Source: Octopus sinensis
Taxonomy: Eukaryota
Reading direction: 5' to 3'
DNA length: 64,000 nucleotides
Assembly: GCF_006345805.1 (NCBI RefSeq)
Contig: NC_043013.1
Coordinates: 3,038,001 to 3,102,000 of the forward strand
Shown: piece after piece, positions 52,822 to 64,000 of the stretch
Position numbering within the stretch: the first letter of the stretch is position 1
Layout: the number at the start of each line of letters is the position of its first letter
Made by a program: the position numbers and the translations under genes
The notes under the pieces: model-generated
Told to the model about the DNA's origin: nothing
What the model saw: the letters and a program-made list of their open reading frames with translations, nothing else
The model's database searches: none

Positions 52822-53010
52822 TCTTTTCTACTATAGACACAAGGTCTTAAATTTTGGAGGAAGGGTTCAGTCGATTACATCGACTCCAGTATTCAACTGG
52901 TACTCTCAATTTATCGACCCCTAAAGGATGAAATTTGAACCCAGAACGTGAAGACAAACGAAATGCCGCTAAGCCTTTTGCCCGATGTGATGCTAACGAG
53001 TCTGCTTGCT
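52822..53010 (-). mobile_element. SINE type B, diverged
   Basis: GTCGATTACATCGAC, AAAGGATGAAA, TTTGAACCC. Confidence 0.75.
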
Positions 53011-53529
53011 ACATTGGCAGTAGTACAAAACCGAAATACAAAAGACAACACAAAACAGCAGGGATTTTTCTATTGAATAACAATAAAGATATATTAATAA
53101 ATATATTACAATAAATATCAATAATGATTCAAAGCAATGAAATATCGACAAGAAAGGATCCCCCAAATAGGAAGGGCACCCGTATTGTGATTTCCGGCAG
53201 CCACACACTCAATCCCGGATTAGTTTGAAGCATATAATCAAGTGCATGCATCGTTGGCCTGCTTCCAGTTTAATGACGCATCGCTAGTAATGTAAACCCA
53301 TTTAACTACTTCACTCTCATTCATTTCTTACAAACAAGCGAAAGAGGGAGTCTTCACGTGATTGATCGACCTGCTAGAAATAGCAGACAAATCTCCCTCA
53401 AATAAGGCATATCATAAGCGTTAAATGTGATGCAAGGTTTCCTGTTCATAGGAAAATTCATTACTGCAATGCCTTTGATATGTTCGATTAGGATTGACCT
53501 ACGCTTAAACAACAAAAACATTCTAAAAA

Positions 53530-53740
53530 TTGGTTTAAATTTTGACACAAGGCCAGCAACTTCGGGGAAGTAGGTAATTACATCGACCCCAGTACTCAAA
53601 TGGTTCTTATTTCATCGACCCTTAAAGGATGAAAGGTAAAATAATCTCGGTGGGATTGGAACTCAGAACATAAAGACGGACGAAATGCCGCTAAGCATTT
53701 TGCCTGGCGTGCTTACGATTCTACAAGCTCACCGCCTTAA
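53530..53740 (-). mobile_element. SINE type B, diverged
   Basis: Same diagnostic motifs; further plus-strand relics at about 54050-54600. Confidence 0.75.
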
Positions 53741-54611
53741 CACCACTTCAAATATTATAGGAAGTTAGTAGTTCCCGCTTTATACTCGACTCTCTTTTCA
53801 AGTGCTACTTCGTGATGGTGTGAAAAGGTGGTCTGATAAGTAAAGCTATTCCCCAAGCATTTCAACTGTGCCCACTTCGTATCTTCTTTCACTATAGCCA
53901 TCAGACAGAGGTAGACTACGCTCCTCTTTCTTACCAAAGGAAAACGGTGTCTAGATCTTCACAATGATTTGGTTAATAGTTGGACTCGGTCCGTACCTGA
54001 TAACAGCTGTTTCACTTAAACCCACATATCAGAGATGCAGGGGATTAGATTTTCTTCGACTCTCTTTTCACTCTGAGTTCAAATTCAGCCAATGTCAAAT
54101 TTAACTCTCGTCCTTCTGCGGTCGATAACTAAACTACTCCATAACAAGTTCTTGAATCAATGCAATTGTTTCATGCAATTTCTGGTCCTGTACCTAAATT
54201 AAAAACGATTATTGTCATTGTAAGCGCGATAAGTCAGCAGTTTCGTCAGAGCGCCGAGAAAATATATTTTGATATTTTGTTCCATTTCTTTCTGTTCTGA
54301 GTTCAAATCCTGTCGAGGTCAGCTTTATGAAACAAACCTCCGCAGTTGATCAAATGAAATATCAGTTAAGTACTCAGATTCCAAGCTTTGCGTCTACGTC
54401 AGAAACAATTATAATTTGAGATTGTTGGATCGTTAATGAATCGGACGAAATACATTACGGTATTCGTTCTGACTCTTACGTTCCGAGTTCAATTCAGCGA
54501 TTAACTTTGCTTTTCATCCCCTTCGGGATGGAATAAAACAACAGTCAACTACTTGGACCGATAATATCAAATACACTCCTTTCCACAAAATTGCCAACCC
54601 TACGTTTAAAA

Positions 54612-54692
<81 letters not shown>

Positions 54693-54717
54693 TATTATTA
54701 TTATTATTATTATTATT

Positions 54718-56310
54718 GAGTGAGAGAGCAGTACATGTCATCAAAGTGACACTGGGGTAAAATATGCGAAGCCCAGTATACCCATCATGACTATCCGTCA
54801 GATAAGGGTACACCAGGCACATGCATCACAACCATATGTGCGCGACATGATGATCTCATATCAAGATAAACAGCACACGACCTTGCAGGTGGGGCCCAGT
54901 TAGAATTTTCTTCCGATTCGTGGTGAAACGGTTCCTGAATAAGGATTGTTTAAGGATGTTGAACAAACCACCCGTGTTTCCGAAGGTGAATTATCCAAAC
55001 CTCCAAGAATTCTTTTCAAAACACGGCTATGATGCTCCCCCACTACTTCTGCTCATGATCAGAGATGCATATATCGTCAGCCACTAAGGGACATGGTCAA
55101 CTGGTTAATGTCAAACAACTGACAAGCAAATCTGTGGTATTGAGCAGAATATTTGCTGTAGCCCTTAAGCTCTATGGGATACCAGACAAAATCATCTCTG
55201 CCACCAAGGTCCTCTACACAGATACGTCTTCAACCATCTTAACCCCTGACGGAGAAACATTATCTTTCTCAATCAAAGCCGGAATACTGCAGGGAGACAC
55301 ACTCGCCCCACTTCTTTTCATCATTGTCGTTGACTATGTGCTACGTATGTCAGTTGATACCATCTCTGGCAAGGGCTTTGAAATAAAACCAAGAAGAAGT
55401 TCCAGACACCCAGCTGAGTACTTGACAGACACTGACTTTGCTGACGACATCGCTCTTATCAGTGATTCTCTCTCCAATGCCCAGTCTCTTTTACAATCTC
55501 TTGAACAAGCCTCAAATTGTGTAGGTCTTTACCTCAATGAGTCCAAGACTGAATATGTAAACAAGTGCCTGTCCAACAGTGATTGCATCATCCACACTCT
55601 CAACAATGCGCCCTTAAATATGGTTTCTGATTACAAATATCTTGGGTCATACATATCATCATCTGGAAAAGATTTTCTAACTAGAAAGGGTATGGCCTAG
55701 TCAGCCTGTAATGACATGCATAAGATCTGGTCATCAAATCTAAGTAGAGACTTCAAATTTGAAATATTCAAAGCCACAGTCGAACCAATTATACTATATG
55801 GCTCAGAAACCTGGACGTTATCAAAGAAGCTTGAGAGGCGGTTGGATAGAAACTACACTCATCTCCTTATGAGAGCTCAAAATCTCTCGTGGAAGCGCCA
55901 TCCAACCAAAATGCAAATATATGGGAAACTACCACCTGTGTCATCTCTTGTGGAAAGTAGGAGAGTAGTTTGCTGGACATTGTTGTAGAGCTGAAAAAGA
56001 GGTAATTTCTACTCTTCTCCTCTGGAAGCCATCTACTCGCAATACCAGAGGGCGCACACTCTCCTACCCTGATGTAATCTCCAGGGATACAGGCATCCAG
56101 CAACAGGACTTCCGTAATGCTATGATGGACCGTGAAGTCTTGCGTAGCATAGGAAATTCCATTGTCTCGACCACGGTCGAACAATGATGAATGATGTTGA
56201 TGCTGTAGCCCATCTTTTATACCAAGACAAAACAATGTACATGATACCACTTCCAATCAGTTAAGATCAGAAGCCATGAGAGCCACTGCCTGGTACTGCA
56301 TCAGGGCATT
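54718..56310 (-). mobile_element. Repeat 'X' copy interrupted by an RTE
   Basis: Colinear with the uninterrupted copy at 56861-57391; flanked by (ATT)n and (ATC)n. Confidence 0.9.
55165..56200 (+). mobile_element. 5'-truncated RTE-clade LINE (RT to 3' end)
   Basis: GILQGDTLAPLLF, DFADDIAL, YKYLGS, ILYGSETW; (ATG)n-like tail; 11-bp TSD TGCTGTAGCCC at 55154-64 and 56201-11. Confidence 0.95.
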
Positions 56311-56360
56311 ATCATCATCATCATCATCATCATCATCATTATTATTATTATTATTATTAT

Positions 56361-56798
56361 TCAGTAGTTTTATTTTTATAGCGTGCTTTCACTTCACTAC
56401 CGAGCGCAGCTCTGTGTGCCTTGGGTATGTGCTGTGATTTGTTGTGATGCTCTGATGGTTATTGTATGGAAAGTGTTCTGCGTAGGATGTGTGCAGTGCC
56501 TAGTAGTGCAATTTTCTGTATGTTATATGTGTTTGTAAGTCCAGGTGTTTTTGTTATGTATTTGTCTGAATATTTTTTTATCATGCCTAATGCACCTACT
56601 ATGATAGGAATTGTTTCTGTTTTTAGATTCGACATTCTGGTTACCTGTATTTCCAGGTCTTTGTATTTTGAAAGTTGCTCTATTTCTTTTAGAGACACGT
56701 TGTCATCTGCCGGTATTGATACATCAATTAGAAAGCATTTTTTTTCTTCATGATCTCTGACAACTATATCTGGTCTGTTGGCCTTAATTTCTCTATCT

Positions 56799-56799
<1 letters not shown>
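56361..56799 (-). mobile_element. R4/Dong-like 3' fragment with 3' UTR and (AAT)n tail
   Basis: RPDIVV..FLIDVSIP, LSKYKDLEIQV, LLGTAHILRRTLSIQ*; same C-terminus as the 1391-2083 fragment. Confidence 0.92.
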
Positions 56800-56860
<61 letters not shown>

Positions 56861-57391
56861 GAATGAGAGAGCAGTTCATGCCATCAAAGTGACACTGGGG
56901 TAAAATATACGAAGCCCAATATACCCATCATGACTACCCGTCTGATAAAGGTACACCAGGCACATGCATCACAACCATATGTGCGCGACATGGTGATCTC
57001 ATATCAAGATAAACAGCACATGACCTTGCAGGTGGGGCCCAGTTAGAATTTTCTTCAGGTTGAGTAGCCCATCCCGCTCAAAAGGTCCCTGAATAAGGGT
57101 TGTTTAAGGATGTTGAAAGAACCACCCATGTTTCCAGAGGTGAACTATTCAAACCCCAAAGAATCCCTCTCAACACATGGCTATGATGCTCCCCCACTAC
57201 TTCTGCTGGTGATCAGAGATGCACATATCGTCAGCCACTAAGGGACATGCTCAACTGGTTAAGGTCAAACAACTGACAAGCAAATCTGTGGTATTGAGCA
57301 GAATATTTGCTGTAGCCCATCTTTTATACCAAGACAAAACAATGTACCTGATAACACTTCCAATCAGTTAAGATCAGAAGCCATGAGAGCC
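56861..57391 (-). mobile_element. Repeat 'X', uninterrupted, slightly 5'-truncated
   Basis: About 530 bp, no long ORF, (ATT)n on both sides. Confidence 0.9.
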
Positions 57392-57532
<141 letters not shown>

Positions 57533-58339
57533 TATTATTACGCTTTCTGTATTTCTGGCACATAGATATAACATTAAAGTATGAGTGAATGATGCACAGC
57601 AAGAAGAGAAGTATATGTACCTCTCTATTAATAAAACTATGATTTCAATATGAACCCCCTTCGAAGCGATATCAGTAAAGTAGTCTGTAATATCTAATTA
57701 AAATAGTAAAATACTATTGAAACCACATACAGCTTAGCCGTTCCAGTACGATGCTGCACCTGTGATGATAAACCTCTCCATACAAGGTCCTTACAGAATG
57801 TATAGTGTATGGCATCTAAAATCTGACGAAAACTGAATTATGTATACACAAGAAATGAGAAAGAAATAATGGAATTAGTCATCGTACAAACAACTACAAC
57901 ACCTGTCAACAGAAATATAAGAAATTGAGAAACGGTTGAATGTACGATGAAAATGAGCGACCACAAAATATAATTGAGCCAGTACTTGAAAAGAAAAGAA
58001 AACCACATGAGTGGATTCAATGTGGAAGGCTATGAAGTTTCTATAAAAACTATCATACACCAAGTAAGACAGTTACAACGTATACAAAACAAGGACAACT
58101 ACACGTATATTTATATTGCATTTGACTTTTCATAGCACAACATGATACAATGTATTTATTAAGATGCTTGTAACCAAAGACATTAACCAACTGCCAAACC
58201 AAGGACATAATAGTGGTTGATGGTCCTAAATGTTTAATTCTGCTGTCAATTTTAACATTATGTGTGTTATTTACATATTTATTTTGGCGGCATTCTATTG
58301 GAATATGGGTCTGGCTTCCATTTTCTATTTTTGTGAGGA

Positions 58340-58975
58340 ATTTCATGGAGTATTTACGTATTATCTCGTATTTTCTCATTTTGTTTGGTCGTGTGTGGTC
58401 TAATGTTTTGCAATGGCTTCTTTTTATAAGTACATGATGAGCCAACGAATGAACGTTGCACTATGTTCAATGTAACGGCTGGAGTCCAATAGTTTGCAAC
58501 TTTCAGTCTTACTCCAAAATTTATAGATTACATTGACCACACGTATAATTTGGTCTCGGGTTTACAAGACTGTAGTCTGCCATTGATAAGGAAGCTTTTA
58601 ATTTAGATCTTTTTATAGTAGATATTTAGTTTAAGATTCTTGTCTGCTTTGCATTTTGAGTACCATTTTACGAGTGTCTTGATTATATGTTCGTCTGCAC
58701 GATAGTTTGTATGCATTAGATTCCTGTAATTGATTTTGTCTGATTTGCGTATATTTATTAGATGTATTCCCCGATGTATTTGTTGTGTTGTATTAGTATC
58801 TATATTCATTTATAGCTCGGTCTACTAGTCTTTCAGAATATTCGTTGTTGATTAATGTGTTTCATATTGTGAATTTCTTCCTCTGGTGCCTTGTTTGTAG
58901 ATGAAAATCTAAATGCCCCTTTAAGTGGTGATTTTTACAAACAGCATTGATTGTCTCCCTTTTGCGAATAAATGA
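58340..58975 (-). mobile_element. Degenerate Penelope-like element (RT C-terminus, linker, GIY-YIG)
   Basis: TLINNEYSERLVDRAI, MHTNYRADEHIIK..LKLNIYYKK, NVIYKF..RYIEHS..AIAKH. Confidence 0.7.
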
Positions 58976-59139
58976 TCTGCTGTAAGCAATTGGAGCAGTT
59001 TCAGATTCAGTGGACATCTCAATGTATTTGCACTGATGACAGCCATATTACTGCGGTAGTCGTCCTCCTTCAACATATATTTTGTCTTAAACCATAGCTT
59101 ATCCCGGACAAAAATCGCAGTGACTTACCTGTCAACGAT

Positions 59140-59773
59140 TTCTTTATGTTTTACTTCTCCCAGCCACTTGACCGCGGCCATGCTACTGCACTGATTTGAG
59201 GGGGTTTAATTGAACGAATTGATCCCTGTACTAGTATTTTTAAGTTTCGTACTTCCTCTATCGGTATCTTACACTAAAATCACTAGTTTACATAAACGTA
59301 AACAAACCAGCACCGGTTGTCAAGCCCTGATGAGGAAACAAACACAAGGAAACGCTATATACATATATTCTTTTACTTGTTTCAGTCATTTGACAGCGGC
59401 CATACTGGAGCACTGCCGAGGGATTTTTTAGTCGAACAAATCTACCCCAGGACTATTTTTAAGCCTAGCACTTATTCAATCAGTTTCTTTAGTTGAACCG
59501 CTAAGTTACGAGGACGTAAACACACCAACACCGGTTGTCAAGCAGTGAGGGGGAACAAACACACACAAACACACACACATGCTTACACACTCATAATATA
59601 TATATATACACACACACATACAGGCTTCTTACAGTTTCTTTCTATCAAACCCACACACAAGGCTTCGGACAGCCCAAGGTTAGAGTATCACACAGTGGGA
59701 CTGAACCCGGAACAATATGGCTGAGAAGCAAGCATCTTACCACACAACCACGCCAGAGTGCGTGTGTGTGTGT

Positions 59774-59844
<71 letters not shown>

Positions 59845-59955
59845 ATGGGCTTCTTTCAGTTTTGCATACCAAATCTACTCACAAGGCTTTGGTCGGACCG
59901 GTGCTATAGCAGAAGACACTTATCCAAGGCGACGCACAGTGGGACTGAAGCCGGA
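59140..59955 (-). mobile_element. Tandem cluster of SINE type A copies and fragments
   Basis: Tail at 59140-59345, near-full copy at 59365-59755, head at 59845-59955, separated by (TG)n. Confidence 0.85.
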
Positions 59956-59974
59956 CTATGAATATAGGGAAGCT

Positions 59975-60085
59975 TCGGGGTCGATTAAATAAGTACCAGT
60001 TACGCACTGGGGTCGATGTAATCGACTTAGTCCCTTTGTCTTTATTTGTCCCCTCTATGTTTAGCCCCTTGTTTGCAATAAAGAA
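59975..60085 (+). mobile_element. 5'-truncated SINE type B
   Basis: GGGGTCGATTAAATAAGTACCAGTTACGCACTGGGG..TTTGTCCCCTCTATGTTTAGCCCC. Confidence 0.85.
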
Positions 60086-61094
60086 TTTTTTTTAAATGTC
60101 TAAATGTTTGAGACCACTTGCTGTTAATTAGATAATTATTTTCTTTCAAAGTTATTCTCAGTTTATATACGCGTATCACATTCACATCACGACTGCTTGC
60201 AACTGTAGCTGAGTGGGTAAGTACCTTATTGTTAGTAGATTAGAAATAACGCTTCTGAGTTCGAAGATCGAACCTTAAACAGCAAAATGTATATCTAAAT
60301 ACGGGAAAAAAACTCCTTTCATCTCTAATATTGTGAACCGAAATTTTAAAATTCTAACAAGGGAGATCGATAATAATTCCTGCAGCAATCGGTGCATTTG
60401 TTTAAATTTGAAAAATAATCGATACTAAAGCTGCTGAGAACGCTTCGTGCACCCAAAGACATTAGGAATTGAGAAGTTTGATCGTATGATCACTATCCGC
60501 ATTCTTCATAGAATATTCTCCTCGTTGCAATTCAGTTAGAAAATGCACTTGTTTCGCTATTGTATTAAGTACTTCGTTTCGTCTACCTTCTCCTTCTATA
60601 TACAATAATACGAAACAGAATTGCTATTACTGTGATTTCTGATACAGGTCTCCAAATTTAGGGAAAGCATAGAGTTCAATATATTGATCCCAGTATTTGG
60701 ATATATCAGTTTACTGGTTTCTAATTTTGTGGTACTAGGCCAGCAATTTCGGGGGAGTGGTTAAATCTATTAGGTCGATGCCCGTGCTCAATTGACAAAG
60801 GAAAGATGCAGTAAAAGATAATCAAAGTGGGATCTGAATAATAAACGTAAAATCTTGTAATACCGCGGATATTTCGGCTGACGCTCTTCGGATTATGCAA
60901 TCAAACACCAACAACAATGATTTCTAACATCGGTTACGATTCTTGTAGAAGAATGTATTTCATTGATTTAATCGATTTCATTAAGTGACTGTTACTTATT
61001 TGAATGATGAAATATAAAGTCTACTTTTAGTATAATACTATCTATTTCTATTACTCAGCTGATCTAAAATATCAACACACATCTTTTATCTTTT

Positions 61095-61325
61095 ATACTG
61101 TACTTGTTTCAGTCATTAGACTGCGGCCACGCTGGGGCACTGCCTTGAAGAGTTTTAGTTGAATAAATCGACACCAGTACTTTTTTTAAAATCCCGATAC
61201 TTATTCTATCGGTGTCTTTTGTCGAACCGCTAATGTCACGGTGACGTAAACACACCAACACCAGTTGTCAAGTGATGGTGGGGAACAAACACAAACGCAA
61301 AAAAGACACACACACATGTATAAAT

Positions 61326-61371
<46 letters not shown>

Positions 61372-61530
61372 AGAGAGAGAATGGGGTTTTTTTCACTTTC
61401 CATCTCTCAAACCCACTGACAGGGCTTTGACTGGCCCGAGGTTATAGCAGAAGACACTTCCCCAAAGTATCACGCAGTGGGACTGAACCCGGAACCATGT
61501 AATTGACAAGTAAATCTTTTACCACACAAC
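61095..61530 (-). mobile_element. SINE type A, full length with internal microsatellite
   Basis: Matches 36437-36886. Confidence 0.85.
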
Positions 61531-61947
61531 AACCAGGTGGTGTTAGAACAGAAAAATCTTCCAATAATTTATTGAATCCAAAATAAGAACTAATAAATAG
61601 ATAAACAAGGAGATATGGATGCCATATAGATCTCTAAAGACGTTTCTGCATGGCCACTCGATCTGCTGAAGAGAGAAGCTAAGAAAGAAAATTAGAATAT
61701 TATGGCTGGTGTGTCTTTCATCATATGACTGTTCGATCAGGGGACTAAATTCCAACCCTAACAACATCTATTCCCCGTCTTTATTTATCAAAATATTGTT
61801 TTTCTGTCTCAGTAACAGGTGGGAAGTCAGCGCTCGAAACATACGAAGTGGTGAGAAGATAATGTTATTCGCCAACTGGAGATATCTAAGGAACCCAGGA
61901 GCCAGGGGTCGGTATTAAAACAAAACGACTTATTGTGTGTACAACAT

Positions 61948-62284
<337 letters not shown>

Positions 62285-62769
62285 CTTCAAGCAAACTTCT
62301 ACACAGTTTACATTAATCAAAAAGGTATTGGTCCATCCGAGGTTATTGTACAAGGTATATTTTGAAGGTGTGGCTTGGGATCGAATCCAGCAACATAGTT
62401 GCAAATATATCAAATAAGTTCCAAGGAAATGCTGGACCAAAAACACTACTGGGCTGTTACACGTATATTCCATAGTCTACAAAGCGTCGTACGAGATTTG
62501 GGAAAACTAATACTGAAAGTTAACGCAAAAATTAATCTTCAATGTATTTGTGGATGAGCAGACATTTTACGATAAACAACCCATGCTAGCATGGAAAACG
62601 GACGCTAAACGACGATGATGATGATGATGAATAAAATAATCTCGGAAGCATAAATAGAACAATTCATACACCGAAAAGAAAAGTGATCATGTGACCAAAA
62701 GTGACCAAAAGACAACTAACCATGGCTAAAATAAAGATAAACTTGTACAAACTAATGAAGTTAGTGGAA

Positions 62770-64000
62770 ATTAGTCCACAAAATACAAACACATAAGCCG
62801 TACAACACCAAGATAACAATAGAAATAACCACATATATAACAAATGAACATTAATTTTATCTTACATAGAAAGAACAAGGTAGAAAAGGAAAGCAAAAAT
62901 ATACAGAGAGCAAATAAAAACGTTAAACGATGGTGGCTTCCACACAACTCCTTGTGGAAAAACCTACCAAATACCCAAACACAATATACAATATTCCCAC
63001 ACTTAACAACAAACAATAAAAACACCCAGCATAACAATCTAATCACAGCCAGGAATAAGGAAAATTTATCTGAAAAAAAAATGGAAAAAGAAATATTAGT
63101 AACTACATTAAACAAGAATGGACGAAAACGCCCCACCAAGCTACGATTTAACAAACTCGTCCATGAAATGATAGATTAATGCAAGATGCCTCAAGAAATT
63201 CTTTTAGCCAGAGTAGTATCGAGGGAAATCAGGATCAATTTTAATAGAATAAGAACCTTTTGAACAAAGAAGCAGTGGAAAAAAAATATAATTGAATTGG
63301 AAAGAAAGACTGAAAAAAAAATCCCTCGGTGAAATTGAAAATGTGGAGGATCTAATGATAGAATGGACAGTAGTAAACCAGATATATTTCGAGTGTAAAA
63401 AGACATCCTGGAAGTGAAAGAAAAACTTAAGTCATCTTAGCCAAGTTCTAGCGGATATACATGCTGTGAAAAGTGTGAGCACTTCTTTGATGAGAGTATG
63501 TTATTTGAAACAAATAGCAAAGCATTCCAGAGGGACATCCAATACCCCAGGGTCTTAACAAGTAAAAACACAAGGAATAATGTAATCCTGGATACAATGT
63601 GTCTGGGAAAATGGAATAGTCACGGTTGGAACGCCTGTAATGAGAGATATCTCGGCTAAATAACAAAAACAGAGACATCCAAAAAAAGTAAAATAAATAA
63701 ACTAATACAGTATTAAATTACACACCAACCTCAGCAGAGCCAAAATATCTTGGAAGAAAATATGGAACAGAAACATTCAGCCCAATCGATGCATACAACG
63801 GATTAAACAAAAAAGGGAAGAGAGAATGGTTTATCACACACACAGCCCAGCACAACTTGCAGGGAATTCACTAATGCAATAATAAAGAATGTTGCTAACT
63901 ACAGAAAATCTCTCGGGGTTTATAGTCTCCAATATATGGCTAAAATATCTAACCAGTATTGATGAATCTCTGACAAGAGCATTCAGTAGACTCTACTAAA
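62770..64000 (+). pseudogene. Possible highly degenerate LINE ORF1-like relic
   Basis: A-rich plus strand; PKYLGRKYGTETF resembles PSYRGQKVTKIT of the 29.6-kb ORF1; many stops. Confidence 0.3.

Noticed and set aside
56280-57210. U1 snRNA-like words in repeat X (UACCAGGCAG and GUAGUGGGGGA)
   Set aside because: Only two short matches, spacing about 200 nt versus about 130 nt in U1, and ACUUACCUG is not retained

Overview
AT-rich, repeat-saturated animal genomic DNA. It is most likely a cephalopod (Octopus-like) intron or intergenic region; this is an inference from the tRNA-derived SINE families and the extreme (TA)n/(CA)n/(GATA)n/(AAT)n density. No intact host protein-coding gene can be supported, and most supplied ORFs are microsatellite translations. 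The window holds: a near full-length but frameshifted Tx1/L1-type LINE (about 28.7-34.9 kb) between (TATC)n tracts; at least six R4/Dong-like RLE retrotransposon fragments; RTE fragments; Penelope-like (PLE) fragments and terminal repeats carrying hammerhead-ribozyme folds; mariner (DD34D), Tc1 (DD36E) and maT (DD37D) relics; a deleted Helitron; two MITEs; four SINE types; and an unclassified AAT-tailed non-coding repeat. Highlights: a 274-bp inverted repeat (1 mismatch) with a complete type I hammerhead in each arm; covarying minimal hammerheads with non-canonical cores; a 3' tail shared between the Tx1 LINE and the most common SINE; a 21-bp templated insertion copied from 5 kb away; and unusually long (42-48 bp) duplications flanking a SINE and a MITE. 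All alignments and folds were done by eye, and element boundaries are approximate unless TIRs or TSDs are quoted.
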